Positions 23,463 through 35,910 of a DNA stretch of 64,000 nucleotides are shown here, in pieces. Position 1 is the first letter of the stretch. Every line of letters begins with the position of its first letter. The DNA is from Camelus dromedarius (lineage: Eukaryota), in contig NC_087437.1 in the NCBI RefSeq assembly GCF_036321535.1, positions 4,526,001 to 4,590,000 on the forward strand. Direction: 5' to 3'. Made by a program: the position numbers and the translations under genes. The notes under the pieces are model-generated. The model had not been told where the DNA came from. It ran no database searches and saw only the letters and a list, made by a program, of their open reading frames with translations.

Positions 23463-23565
23463 GGGGGCGGGGCTCGGGCTCAGGGGGAGGGCGCGTGCTT
23501 AGCATGCACGAGGCCCTGGGTTCAGTCCCCAGTATCTCCAAGAGAAAAAAGAAAAGAAGAAAAAT
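23463..23565 (+). mobile_element. Vic-1-like SINE (GC-shifted copy)
   Basis: gctcagggggagggcgcgtgcttagcatgcacgaggccctgggttcagtccccagta plus an A-rich tail. Confidence 0.85.
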
Positions 23566-24971
23566 CCCAATTTATAAAGATCTAATACAAAAAAGAGCAC
23601 AGCTGTCTCCTAAATAATGTCCATGTTGATCATGTGGTGAAATGACAGCATTTTGTATATACTGGGTTAAAACATATTATTAAAGCTAATTCCACCTGCA
23701 GTTTTTTTTTTTTTTTAGGACAACTAGAAAATTTTAACTTACATAGTTGACCCATATTCTATTGCTTTTATACAGTAGACACACGTCCCCCAGGAGTGGG
23801 CCATGCAATTGTGCCAGAAAAGCAACAGACTCTCATCACCACCCTGGGCAGGTCCACCTGGAACTCCCCGCCGGAGCCAGGGAAAGCCACTGCTCACCCC
23901 CCAGCCCCACTAAGCGGATCCCTCAGTCAGTTATATGAGCTGGAGGGGCACCCCCAGGGCTCAGGGCCATTCTCACATGACTGAGAGGGAAGTCCTTGGA
24001 TACCACAGGCTGAGGACACTTCTTATAGACAGTTAAGAGGAACAAAATCAGACGTGGAGCCCAGCAGCCGCCAGGGTGGGGGACAGCTGTGACACCCTGT
24101 TGGGTGCCAGTCTCCATCACAATGATCACATGACTTCGGATCACACCCAACCTGACCTTCAGGCCACGACAAGCCGTTCAGGGGGCTGAACTGGGCGTGG
24201 ACATTCTGAAGTAATACAGTGAGGGAGCCTGAGGGAGAAATTCCTTCCCGTGCAGGGAATCCAGGATGGCTTCTTGGAGGAGGAGGATCCTGGACTGAGG
24301 GCGGGGGACGGGGACAAAATGAAAATGTGGGATGGGTGGGGGCCCAGGAGGGAGAAGATTTATGAAACAGTGTCTGCAGGAGGCCTGACAAAGGCTAAAG
24401 GCTAAAGCTCCAGACGGGACCTGCCTGCCGCAAGCCCACCATGTGGCCTGGGGACCACGCAGGTGTGCACCAGTAACACACTGAGGACCAGGGGCCGCCC
24501 TCCAGGACGGACAAACCCACTGACAAGACACCAGGCGGCATACCTGGCTCTCGGCGGCACAACTCACTGTGATCCCCCCGCGGAGGACAGCTCTCCACCT
24601 GTCCAGACACAGGGGGAGGGGGGTGAGGAGGACCCATCCCTGAGAAGCTGCCCCCACACTGCACCACAGACCCCTGCGGGCTTCCAGCCCCACCCAGCAG
24701 GCCAGAATTAACCCCAGGGGACCCTAACCTTTTCTCAGAGCTATCTGTCTTTGTTTTTAAGCATATTTTAGTATTTCAGTTCAGCAGCATTCAAGGGTAA
24801 TAAACTCTCCTCCCCAGGTCTCCCTGCTTCAATTAGGAAGCTCTTCTGTCTTCAAATTAAAGAAAGATGCTCTCAGGGGAACCTTCTGAAACGTGGCTTC
24901 TGTGACCTGGGCCCAGAACCACCTCACCTGCTGTTGTGCACCTGCTGTGCTCCAAGTAAGGAAACCCATAT

Positions 24972-25450
24972 GCAATGGAATACTACTCAGCCATAAAAAA
25001 AGAATAAAAGTCCATTTGCAGCAACATGGATGGACCTGGAGATTATCATACTAAATGAAGTAAGCCAGAAAGACACAAATAGCACATGATATCACTTACG
25101 TGGAATCTAAAATATGACACAAGTGAACTTATTTACAAAAGAGACAGAATCACAGACATAGAAAACAAACTCATGGTTACCAAAGGGGAAGGGGGGAATA
25201 AATCAGGAGTTTGGGATTAGCAGATACACACTTCTATATATAAAATAGATAAATAAGTTCCTACTGTACAGCACAGGGAACTATATTCAATACCTTGTAA
25301 TATAGCCTATAATGAAAAACATGAAAAAAATATATAAATGTATAAATAACTATCTCTATGTTGTACACCAGAAATTAACACAACATTGTAAACTGACTAT
25401 ACTTTTAAAAAAGAAAACATAAGGGGACCAGATCTACACAAAGAAGAAAA
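24972..25450 (+). mobile_element. 5'-truncated L1 (ORF2 end and 3' UTR)
   Basis: caatggaatactactcagccataaaaaa...gcaacatggatggacctggag...cacagggaactatattcaa...acacaacattgtaaactgactatac. Confidence 0.9.
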
Positions 25451-25699
25451 GAGGAAGCCCACCTGAGGTGGCCCTGCAGAAGAACATGCTCTCCGCTGAG
25501 CCCCTGGGGAGTTTCTGAAGTTTCTGCAGTGTTCCTTCCCTCCTGGGGCATCAGAAATGTGCTTTCCCTGTCATACTGTGAATCCCACTAATATGAGGAT
25601 TTGGTCTACAGTTACCCCACCCACAGAAGCCAGTCGGCATCTCTCCATCAATGATCCCCTCCATCATTTATTCATTCATCCAAGCTGAGCATCTGCTCT

Positions 25700-26060
25700 G
25701 TACCCACTGTTTCTCCTCCCCATCTTTCCTCGTGCCTCAGGATGAGGCAGTGTCTCGGCTGAGAGCCTACTTCCCAGCTGTCACTGTAGCCAGTGCCCCT
25801 GTTGCTAACCTTTAGCCAATGAGACATAAACAGACACTAAGACTTCCGGGAGAGCTCCTTTGTCTCTCCATTGATATTGTGATAGCAATACAATGGCTGG
25901 TGCTTTAACAGCCATTTTGGATCATGAGGCAACTCTCTTAAATTAGGTCTCTGCCCTGGACTTTTTACATGACAGAAAAAAATAAAATCTCATGTTTAAG
26001 CCACTGTTATTTGGGGGTTTTCGGTTATGTTGAGGCAAATCTAAACCTATATGATAATAC
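25700..26060 (+). mobile_element. MLT1-like (MaLR) LTR remnant
   Basis: cagccattttggatcatgagg...aaaaataaaatctcatgtttaagccactgttatttgggggttt; similar remnants at about 38920-39370 and 55490-55980. Confidence 0.55.
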
Positions 26061-27659
26061 ATCTTCCCTTCCACCCAGCTGGGCTGTTCTGCAAACCTAC
26101 AGAGTGACTACAGCAGCCAGCGAAGATGTCCAATCTCCCTCAAGTCCTTTGTGGCTGCTCACAGTCCACTTTATCACCATTAAGCCCAAGGAAATGAACT
26201 TTGGGGGCTTCCTTAAGAATCCCAAAGCTCATGGCCTCTTTGTAAGGTGTTTCATAAAACATTTTCTGAAACCACACAAGGGGTGGGAGGGAAGCACGCC
26301 ATCCCATCACACACCCCACTGGCAGGACACAAGCCATTTGACATCAACACAGTACCTCCCGGACGCTAAGTTCTGGGGAGGGAAGTGGAGGGGAGGGGAG
26401 CAACACCAGCCCCACCCGCTGTAACCAGCAGCACTCAGACACGCATGGGTGTCCCACAGGATCATCAGCCAAGGGGCAGGAGTGGAGAGGCCTGTCACTG
26501 TCACAGCTGCAGCCCACTATTGGCCCCAGGGAGAACAAGAGCATCTGAACATTTGCGTTGGTTGCAACCGAAGTTGAAGGTGGAGGGAGGTTGACAGGCC
26601 CTTCATTTCTCAAAGGAGGGCCAAGAGAAGCAAGGCAACTTGCTCAAAGTCACACAGCATCTTGGTGGCTGGCAGGAGCCAGGAAACCAGGGCCCCTGCC
26701 CCTGCGGGGAGCAGGGGGATGGGGTATTTCTGCTCCACCTCATAAAGAGGAGGGGTCTTGTCACTTGGCTGCCCAGAGCTGCCCGCTTGGCTGGCAGTGG
26801 CTCCAGATCACAGAGGGAGCCCAGGAGACAAGACTTGTCTAGATCCTGACTACTAACAAAGCCCTTCATGTGGACTCAGAGGGCTGTGAAGAAAATTACA
26901 GCAGCCAGTGTTTGGGCATTTATTCCGAGTCAAGTAACACACAAGGTGCTCCGGTACGGCCCTCGGTGAGACCTGCGAATTCCTCTGTGAGGTCAGTGCA
27001 AGTACCATCCCTACTTGATAAAGGAGACCCAGCTCAGAAAGGAGAAATAACTCACCCAAGTTCACACAGACAGCAACGGTGGCCAGAGTCAAACGCTGAC
27101 CCAGTGCGGCCCACGCTCACCGTCTACCCAGTACCACCCGCTGGGACACACGCTCCTGACCAAGAAGTGCTGGTCCGGTGACGTTCCTCTTACTTCCTCT
27201 CCCCATCAAGGCCACGCCGGCCACTGCTACACAGATCAGGATCGGTAGGGGGGCCACAGGGAGGACGTCAGCCACCAAGGAGAGCACGTGTCCCCTCCGT
27301 GGGGTGTGAGTGAGGGGGTGAGGAGTGGGGTGTCCCTGGTGGAAGAGCCACGCTCATCCCCAGTCAGGAGCCGGATCAGGCAGTGGGGTCTGGAAAGGCT
27401 GACCTGGAAAGCTCTCTGGGCTTAACCGCTCGTCCCCCCGACACTGTTCCCACCCCTGCTCTCGGGACCAGCCCAGACCCCACTCCCATTCAGGTCGCAG
27501 GCCTCTGGGTGGCCTTCCCGCCTCCCTTCTGAATGCCTTCAGCACCTGAAACCCAAAGGGACTCCCTGGGTTTACTGAGGAATGAATGGGCTCCACCTGA
27601 ATGCACCTCCCACAACTGCCATCACGAAGCAACAGGAGGCTTCCCAAGGGCCCACAATG

Positions 27660-27765
27660 AAAACGGACATGGGAAGGAGTATGTGTGTGTGTGATGGATC
27701 ACTGTGATGGACACCAGACACGAACACGATGCGGTAAGCTGACCACACTGCAACTTAAAAAAAAG
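27660..27765 (+). mobile_element. Short L1 3' tail, strongly GC-shifted
   Basis: Aligns to the L1 termini at 42020-42100 and 51630-51700. Confidence 0.7.
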
Positions 27766-28039
27766 GCTTCTGGAAGCCCCTGGAGACTTGGGCGCAAAAT
27801 GAAGGTGGGGTGTCCCACCACCTTCTATAAAGGATCAGAAAGTCACCAGCCTGGGGTGAGCAGAGGACACCCCGTGTGTGAGGTCATGGCCGTGGGGCCT
27901 CAGGGCACCAGATGGAGGCCCCCAGCCCGCAGGGGTCAGAACAGGCCAAGGGGCCTGTTGCCCTGGGCAACCGCTGGGGGAAAGCCCCCTATCCTTGCCT
28001 TTTTTTTTTTTTTTTTAACTTGATACCATTTTGTCCTTG

Positions 28040-28245
28040 CTTTTTTTCTTTTTTTTTTCAATTGAAGTAGAGTTGATTTGCAATGTTGTGTTAATTTCCG
28101 GCATACAGCATAGTGATTCAGATATATATACATATATATATACATATATATATTCTTTTCCACATTCGTTTTCATTATAGGTTACTACAAGGTATTGAAT
28201 ACAGCTCCCTGTGCTGTAGAGGGACCTTGTTTATCTACGTTACAC
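28040..28245 (-). mobile_element. L1 3' end with a (TA)n tract
   Basis: ttgaagtagagttgatttgcaatgttgtgttaatttccggcatacagc...ttgaatacagctccctgtgctgtag. Confidence 0.85.
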
Positions 28246-28740
28246 GCCCTTGACTTCTTATGGTGACTGCTGATGTGCGGCTTGAATAATCCACCTCCCA
28301 GCTAGACGTTCACGGAGAAAAGCCCCAAATCCCTCCCCACGCCATCTGAGGAAGATCAGACCCCGCTGGCCCCCGGCGAGGTGGGCGGCCGGGGATGAAC
28401 ATCGAAGCCGACAAGGGGCAGGGCGTGTTCTCAGCTCTAGTCAAGCTCCAGTGTCTGCCTGTGTCCTGAGCCATCAGGGGGTGGGCGGTGACCAGAGAGT
28501 CTGAGACTTTCCACTGCGGACACTGATCCTTCCACGCCCTTTCTAACTTGTATGAGGTTGACTGAAGTGGGGCCCGAGGCGGCGATGGTCCGCTTTGACC
28601 CTGAGGAAGTCCTGGACACATTTTAATCAGAAGCATTTCCTAGAGAGAATTCCATTAAGTCCATCTAGTTCTTTGATCATTTTGCATGTCCAGAGTCCCT
28701 AGATTTTTTCCATTTTTATTTAGTCAAAATTATTTTCACT

Positions 28741-28895
28741 GGGGGGAGGGTACGGCTCAGTGGTAGAGCGCACGCTTAACATGCATGAAGTCCTGGGTTC
28801 AAATCCCAGTACCTCCAATAAAATAAATCATAAATAAAAGCCTAATTACCTCCCCCTCCAAAAAAGAAAACAAAAAACTTAATAAAAATCTATTT
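28741..28895 (+). mobile_element. Vic-1-like SINE
   Basis: ggggagggtacggctcagtggtagagcgcacgcttaacatgcatgaagtcctgggttcaaatccc (Pol III A and B boxes); tail cctaattacctcccc; TSD-like aaaattatttt. Confidence 0.9.
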
Positions 28896-29430
28896 TAAAA
28901 ATTATTTTTTTAAGGATCAGTTCGATTTCAAATCCATGTGGGCCACCGAACAGTTTCATCCACAAACTGTACTGATTCTAGCCTGTGCCATGGAGTTGTC
29001 CATTACAGTTCTGTCAAACTCAATTTCCCTGGACCAATTTTCTGCAGATCTAAAAATCTGTTGAACATATGGGACATCAATTTTTAATCAGTCCCAAATG
29101 TCACCATGTACAGTGTGAGCCATTATCAGTTCATATTAAACTGTGTAATATTAAAACATATTAAACAATACAGGTTACAAATTAAGTAAAGGATCCATGG
29201 TGCATATTTCTCATTAGAGAAATACGAGAAAACCATGAGCAGTCTTAAGAAATACAATACAGGGGGCCTGCAGCTGGTTTAGCAGAAGGCCACAAAGTTC
29301 TTTGATTCATCGTAATGTCAAAAGACCCCCGGAGGGAATCAGAAAAAAATCAAGGTCAAATAGTTTTGTTCTGTCTTGCGGTTAGAGATGAGCTGTTTAA
29401 AAACAAAAATTAAAAAGCTATTATCTGCAG

Positions 29431-29563
29431 AGGGGGAGGGTACATAGCTCAGTGGTGGCGTGTGTGCTCAGCATGCACAAGGTCCTGGGTTCAATCCTCA
29501 GTACCTCCATTACAGTAAGTAAATAAATAAAACTAATTACCCCCCCCAAAAAAAGGTTCCAAT
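29431..29563 (+). mobile_element. Vic-1-like SINE with a perfect 13-bp TSD
   Basis: TSD agctattatctgc at 29416-29428 and 29564-29576. Confidence 0.92.
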
Positions 29564-29774
29564 AGCTATTATCTGCTTCAGAATAATACACTTAGCAATG
29601 AGAGCTGTAGGAGGTGGGGCAGGGGAGGTCAAAGATGAAATAAGACTGGCCACGGGTAACCGCAGAAGCCAGACAAAGCAAACACAGTAGCCATTATACT
29701 TTTCTCTGATTTGTGTGTATTTGAAATTTCCTGTACTAAAAAGTAAAAGGTAAAAAAACTATTATCACACATTA

Positions 29775-29962
29775 TTATATATCAAATAGCTAAACAAGGT
29801 CCTACTGTAGAGCACAGGGAACTATATTCAGTTCCTTGTAATAACATATAATGGAAAAGAATTTGAAAAGAAAACAGATACATATGTATATGTACAACCG
29901 AATCACTTTGCTGTACACCTGAATCTGACACTGTAAATCAACTACACTTTAATAATAATATT
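29775..29962 (+). mobile_element. L1 3' end fragment
   Basis: aacaaggtcctactgtagagcacagggaactatattcag...gaatcactttgctgtacacctgaa...tgtaaatcaactacac. Confidence 0.85.
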
Positions 29963-32286
29963 AATAACTATTATCATTTGCAACTACCTACTTAGGATTC
30001 TCTAAAACTGCAATCTCTTACACAGGCGCCACTGGCCACAGGTGGCTATTTACTTACTTATAATGAAAAAAATTAAAATTTCAGTTTCTTGGTTGCACTG
30101 GTCACATGTGGCTGGTGGCTCCCACACTGATCAGCGCAGACACAGAACATTTCCAATGTCACAGGACGTTCGCCTGGACAGGGCTGGCCGAGATACTAGC
30201 CAACACTGAAACGAAGGCTGGAGGGAGGGCTCAGCTGCCATCCATAATCTCTGGTTTGTGCTCATCAAAGCAGCACCTTCATTCCTGCTTTGTCTTATAA
30301 ATAATTGGACCTTAAAATACCCATAATCAAGGAGCCCTGGGGGTACGCCATAGAGAGACCCTGGGTGAGGGAAAGGCTCAGCCACCCGATAGGGTGCTCA
30401 GACCCAGAGTCAGGCGGGACGGTCCCCACTCCCTCCAGTTGTCCAGGACCCCAGACTGACCAGGGTGGGTCTGACTCGAGGGTTTCCCCTGGGGCTCCGG
30501 GGAGGTCCGTCTGGGATGGCGTCCACCTTGCTTGTCTCCTGCAACTGACGTCAACACCGGCACACACTCCCGAAGCACACCTATCAGCGTCCCGTTCCAC
30601 TCACCTGCCCGGTCCCTCCGACCCAGGTGGGCACCATCTGCCTCCCAACAGGACGTCCCCAGTTCAGCCAAAAGCTGCCGGCAGGAGGAGGACACAGGGC
30701 CGCCTGCCGTCTCTGACCCTCACACTCTCCTGCCCTCAGATCAAATCCTTCCTGCCGCTGCCACTGCGGGGACACAAAGATGCAGCCTCCCCATGTCCCC
30801 GGCCAGAAGGGCGACCCCATCCCTCCCTGGGCTTCCTCTCGCCCCGCACTCGGCTGGCGGGGTGGGGAGCAGACCTCCTCTGCCTACACAGCTACAGACC
30901 GGGGGAGGGAGGCCAAGCAGGCCCGACACAGGGGACAGCCGCCCCGCCCACCGTCAGGACCCCGTGACCCAGCAGCACCCCGGGAGCCACCACCGCGCCT
31001 AGAGCTCCGGCCCACGGGGATCCAGGCACTGAGTCTGCGCCCAAGGAGACAGAATCAGCACGGATGAAACGCTTTATTTTATAGAAGAAAATGCAGGAGC
31101 ATAACAAGTAAACTGGCCTGACTCAGAGGGACAAGGCACAAACCCATCTCTGGAGTCCCAATACGTGCTAACTCGGGCAGCTCCCTCGGGAGGTCCCCCC
31201 AGTTCAGCAAGTCTTCGTATTTATTTCTGTCTCTGCCTTGGCCCCTCAGCCCCCACCACTGTCATTCCCATGACGTAAGAAGCACAGCATCTCCCAGGCT
31301 CAAGGTCAGAAAGACACACACAGCCTTCGGGGAAGCTTCCCTGGGAAACACAACGCAGACCCTGGCCACGATGGGGGGCCTGAGGTTCTGAGAGAGAGGA
31401 AGGCCTGGGGACTGGAAGACTGCAGGAAGGCAGAGCCCCCTGCTCTGTAATGATGCCTCACGACAGTCAGACAGCCCTCTGGGGCTCCTAAGAAGCTGCT
31501 GGTTTCCCAGAGGATGCAGCTGGGAGGCGGTGGGTAATGATGGGGATATGGACGGGGGTGGACCCCTACTCCACACCACTCAGCCACAGCCAAGACACAC
31601 ACAGCGGAGAGTCACGCATCCAAGTCACGCATCCGAGGGCATCAGATGCCTTGGCAAAGCTCCACCCCTACTCTCACCCTCTACCTCTCCCCTTCCTCTC
31701 GCGGGGGGAGCCAGCTGGCCCGTTAGCCCTCACCCCGGTCCTGCCCCTGCAGACAGGGCCCTCCCCATCCCTGGGAACTCTGAGCAGAACTGCCAACATT
31801 TCCAGAAGGTGGTCCCACCAGTACCACGTGGACAGACAGGCCCCCCGCAGCTCTCCAACCCCAGGGACCCTGCTCTGAACACACTGCAGTGCCAACAGAG
31901 GAAACAAGCCCCTGCCCTACACAGAACTGGCACTGATGGTTCTGGGCCACCGCCAGGCAGCGCCCCTGTGTCCAAAGAACTGGGAGCAGCAGGGGAGCCT
32001 CCCGCCACCAACAAGGACCATTGTCCTGGGTCTTTGACCTTGAACGAGTCACTGGACTTCTCAGAGTGGAACGCCAAGGCCTCTGTTAACTCCTGGGGAG
32101 CCCGTGTTCCAGTGTTGAAGATATGGAATTCCGGCAGGACTCTCAAGGCCACGGTCTGGAACGCAGTGTCCGGCTTACACACGTGCGAACAGCCCATCAG
32201 CAGACGGGTTGACCACCGAGCTATTTGGCTTTTGCAGTCTCTTTTATTGTTATACTTGCAAATTTTCCACAATAAAAAGCTTACAG

Positions 32287-32425
32287 AGGGCGGGTATAGC
32301 TCAGTGGTTGAGCATGTGTTTAGCATGCACGTGGTCCTGGGTTCAATCCCCAGCACCACCATTAAAATAAATAATAAAACAAAACCTAATTATCTCCACC
32401 CCCCAAAAATTTTTAATTAAAAATA
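32287..32425 (+). mobile_element. Vic-1-like SINE
   Basis: gggcgggtatagctcagtggttgagcatgtgtttagcatgcacgtggtcctgggttcaatcccc plus tail. Confidence 0.9.
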
Positions 32426-33350
32426 AAGGTTACAAAACTGCTTTTCCTGAAGCACTTCTTAATCAGCTGTTACTCTGCTGTTTCTCTACCACACAGATTT
32501 TTCCTTAAACTCAAAACCTTGTCACTGGGTTGAGTAACAGCACAATATGAAGGCCAAGGGGTTGTCCACACTATTTATCAACTCAAAATTAGAACAGCCA
32601 TTTGTCCAGTCAAATGTTTGAAACCCATCCTAAGAACACATGTTAAAACAGCCAGGGAAATCTGAAAGAGAACTGGGGACTAGATGAGACTAAAAGAACT
32701 ATTATTAATTTTGTTAGGTGTGAAAATGTGGGCTTTTAAAGGCTCTTGTCTGTTAGAGATGAGCACTTCAGTGTTTACGGGTGACGTGAACAGCTTTAAA
32801 ATAAAAGACAACCGAGGGCAGATAAAGCGTGACGGTAAGATGTGACCGAGCACTCACACCAGCGATGGACGCTAGGGTTCACGGATTACTCTCTACTTTT
32901 GTGTACACTTGAAACATTCCCTAATAAAAAGAGGTAATGTTTTTCGAAGCCTTTGGTCTGTCGTTAGCACTTTTGCTGTTCACCTGGCCCGTAAGCACGA
33001 AAGAAAATGCTACTCACTTTAAGACTGGGGAAACCAAAGCTGTTTGTCAAGGGTGGTCCTGACTAAAGGCAAAAATGTAAACTAAATAAATAAATATTGA
33101 AATTAAAAAAAAAAATACCTGTAGGATTGCCCGTGAAGGGAAGTAAACAGTTAACATTTCAGCCATGCATGAGACAGGTTTACCAGATCGGGAGGGCTCC
33201 CGACCCCTCAAAGCACATCTTGTAGCAAACACGTGGGAAGTCCAGCGCTGTCCCCCACGATCCTGTTGGGGGCCAAACCACTCCAGCTGCCCAGAATTTT
33301 CTCATCTCTCATCCTGACAGCTTCTGCTATGATTTAAAACTCTCAGTTCT

Positions 33351-33490
33351 GGGGAAAGGTACATAGCTCAGTGGTAGAGTGCACGTAGCATGTATGAGGT
33401 CCTCGACCTCCCAGCACCTCCATTAAAACAACTAAATAAATAAAAACCTAATTACCTCCCCCCCAAAAAATTAAAATTAAAAAAACAAAT
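33351..33490 (+). mobile_element. Vic-1-like SINE (B box degraded)
   Basis: ggggaaaggtacatagctcagtggtagagtgc...cctaattacctcccccc. Confidence 0.85.
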
Positions 33491-34562
33491 TTAAACCTTC
33501 AGCTCTTTCTCTGTCCCTGGCGGGGGGTGGGGGTGGGGAAGAAAAGACACCGACTTAACAACAGCAAAGCGCACTACCAGCACAAAGCACTTTCAAGAAG
33601 GGCAGAAAGCAACCTGCAGAAATGTGGATCAGCCCTGCCCGCACTCACTTCCATTATCAGGAGGACAGGAGGAGCCAGGGTGGGGTGTTTGTTAAACCCC
33701 CTGCCCTACCAGGCACTCGCCTATGGAACCCAGCCTACAGCCCTGTCTCCATGACACCAGCTGCACGGCCACTCTGCCCAGCCCTCTGGCCGAGAGTTCC
33801 TCTCGGCAGAGCATCCCAAGGCTGAGAAGTCCTGCCCAACCTCTCCCCACCCTCAGCTCTGTACCAAGGACAAAATGGGCTCTGAGAAACCTCTGGAAAC
33901 GTTTCCAGCATCTAATGGGATTAAAATCAGTGAGTTCAAAATCATTCCTCCTGCCCTGAGACAAGAAATTCTCAGCAGATATGATGGAAGCATCTGCCAT
34001 GGGCCGTCCCTGCCAGGCTGCAGTCCACAAAAGGAGCAACTGGGGAGCTTCCTGAGACTGGCTGGGGCCGGGACCAGCCGCCCACCTGCCCGTGTCTGCC
34101 TCACACAACTGCCTGGCTTCACCCCCCAGGGGCTGCCGTTAACAGAGGCAGCTGATGTGCCCATTCCAGACAAAGTGACTTCCGCTGACACAACTCACTC
34201 AGCAGCTAGGAATGGAAAGTTGGGAAGAAGCTTCTGGAAGCTTTCTACTCTTGGCCTGGAAGTCTGGACGAGATCCACAAGGGGGCATGAAGGGAGATCA
34301 GGGAAGAGAGGGAGCCGTAGGACAAGTCACCCCCATGGCCCCAGCACATGCAGATGCCTGGTCAGTCTTCCAGGCCGAGGACCCTCAGAGTCAGGGCTAC
34401 TGCAGAAAAGCTCCAGGACCCAGAGTTCCTCTCTCTGCACCGAGCATCATCCAGTGACCCGGGGAGCCCTGGTGACCGGGAGACTGTGTTACTAAATTTT
34501 TTAAGCTCCCAAACCTAGCCTAACGGCCAGTGTACTGCAAATGTTTAAGAAACATATGCTTA

Positions 34563-35382
34563 GCTCCTACAACTCAATAACAAAGAAACAAACAACCAAT
34601 CCAAAAATGGGCAGGAGACCTACACAAACATTTCTCCAGTGAAGACATACAGATGGCCAATAAGCACATGAAAAGATGCCCAACATCACTAATTAGCAGA
34701 GAAATACAAATCAAAACTACGATGAGGTACCACCTCACAACAGTCAGAATGGCCATCATTCAAAAGTCCACAAATAAATGCTGGAGAGGCTGTGGAGAAA
34801 AGGGAACCCTCCTACATTGCTGGTGGGAATGCAGTTTGGTGCAGCCACTGTGGAAAACAGTATGGAGATTCCTCAAAAGACTAGGAATAGACTTGCCATA
34901 TGATCCAGCAATCCCACTCCTGGGTATATATCCAGAAGGAACCCTACTTCAAAAAGACACCTGCACCCCAATGTTCACAGCAGCACTATTTACAATAGCC
35001 AAGACATGGAAACAGCCTAAATGTCCATCGACAGATGACTGGATAAAGATGTGATATATTTATACAATGGAATACTACTCAGCCGTAAAAAAGAATGAAA
35101 CAATGCCATTTGCAGCAACACGGATGGACCTAGAGATTATCATTCTAAGTGAAGCCAAAAAGAGAGAGAAAAATATCATATGATATCACTTATATATGGA
35201 ATCTAAAAAAAAAAAAAGACACAAATGAGCTTATTTACAAAACAGAGACAGACTCACAGACATAGAAAACAACTTATGTTTACCAGAGGGGAAAGGGGGT
35301 GGGGAAGGGATAAATTGTGAATTCGAGATTTGTAGATACTAACTACTATATATAAAATAGATAAACAACAAGGAAAAAAAAA
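34563..35382 (+). mobile_element. 5'-truncated L1 containing the ORF2 C-terminus
   Basis: ORF 34653..35054 MANKHMKRC...[18 protein letters not shown]...[14 protein letters not shown] is the L1 ORF2 Cys-rich C-terminal domain; degenerate 16-bp TSD. Confidence 0.95.
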
Positions 35383-35744
35383 AAGAAATGTATGTTTAAG
35401 TCAGGTACCAAGCTAGGGTACAAATGACAAGCCACAAACCACTTTCTGATGGTCCACCTTGTGATTTTCTTCCTCTGTGGCTCCTGCAATCAGATAAATG
35501 TCTCTCAGGGCCAGTGTGTCCCCAGAAGCTCCTGTTTACATGATGTGAAAACTCACCTGAATGATGACCTCACCGTATACACTACATTGTGCAGCGTGAA
35601 CGCCATTCTCTCAAGGTCTAAATAACTCCCCTTCCACTTTACCTCATCTCCTCCCAGCTGAATGATACACAACCCAGGTCCCAGTGGGTCTTCAGGAAAT
35701 TCCTGGGTGAAATTTTACCCTTTCTGAATTTACAGAACCAAATT

Positions 35745-35910
35745 TTTAAAGAAATATTTACTAAGCAACTATTTTATTGGGAGGGTTGGTTTCTGGCGGG
35801 AGGATGGAATTAGGTTTGTTTGTTTAAATGAGGTACTGGGGAGGTCCTGGGGAAGCCAGGACCTTGAGCATGCTAAGTATGTGCTCTACCACTGAGCTAT
35901 ACCCTCTCCA
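35745..35910 (-). mobile_element. Vic-1-like SINE with a 13-bp TSD
   Basis: catgctaagtatgtgctctaccactgagctataccctctcc; TSD acagaaccaaatt at 35732-35744 and 35913-35925. Confidence 0.88.

Noticed and set aside
21057..30553. Isolated perfect CRE sites at 21057 and 30546
   Set aside because: Single 8-mers without supporting neighbouring motifs in CpG-rich sequence; not distinguishable from chance.
32287..32362. tRNA-Ala(AGC)-like sequences as tRNA genes
   Set aside because: About 12 diverged copies with shared AT-rich tails and TSDs and broken stems; these are SINE heads, not functional tRNAs.
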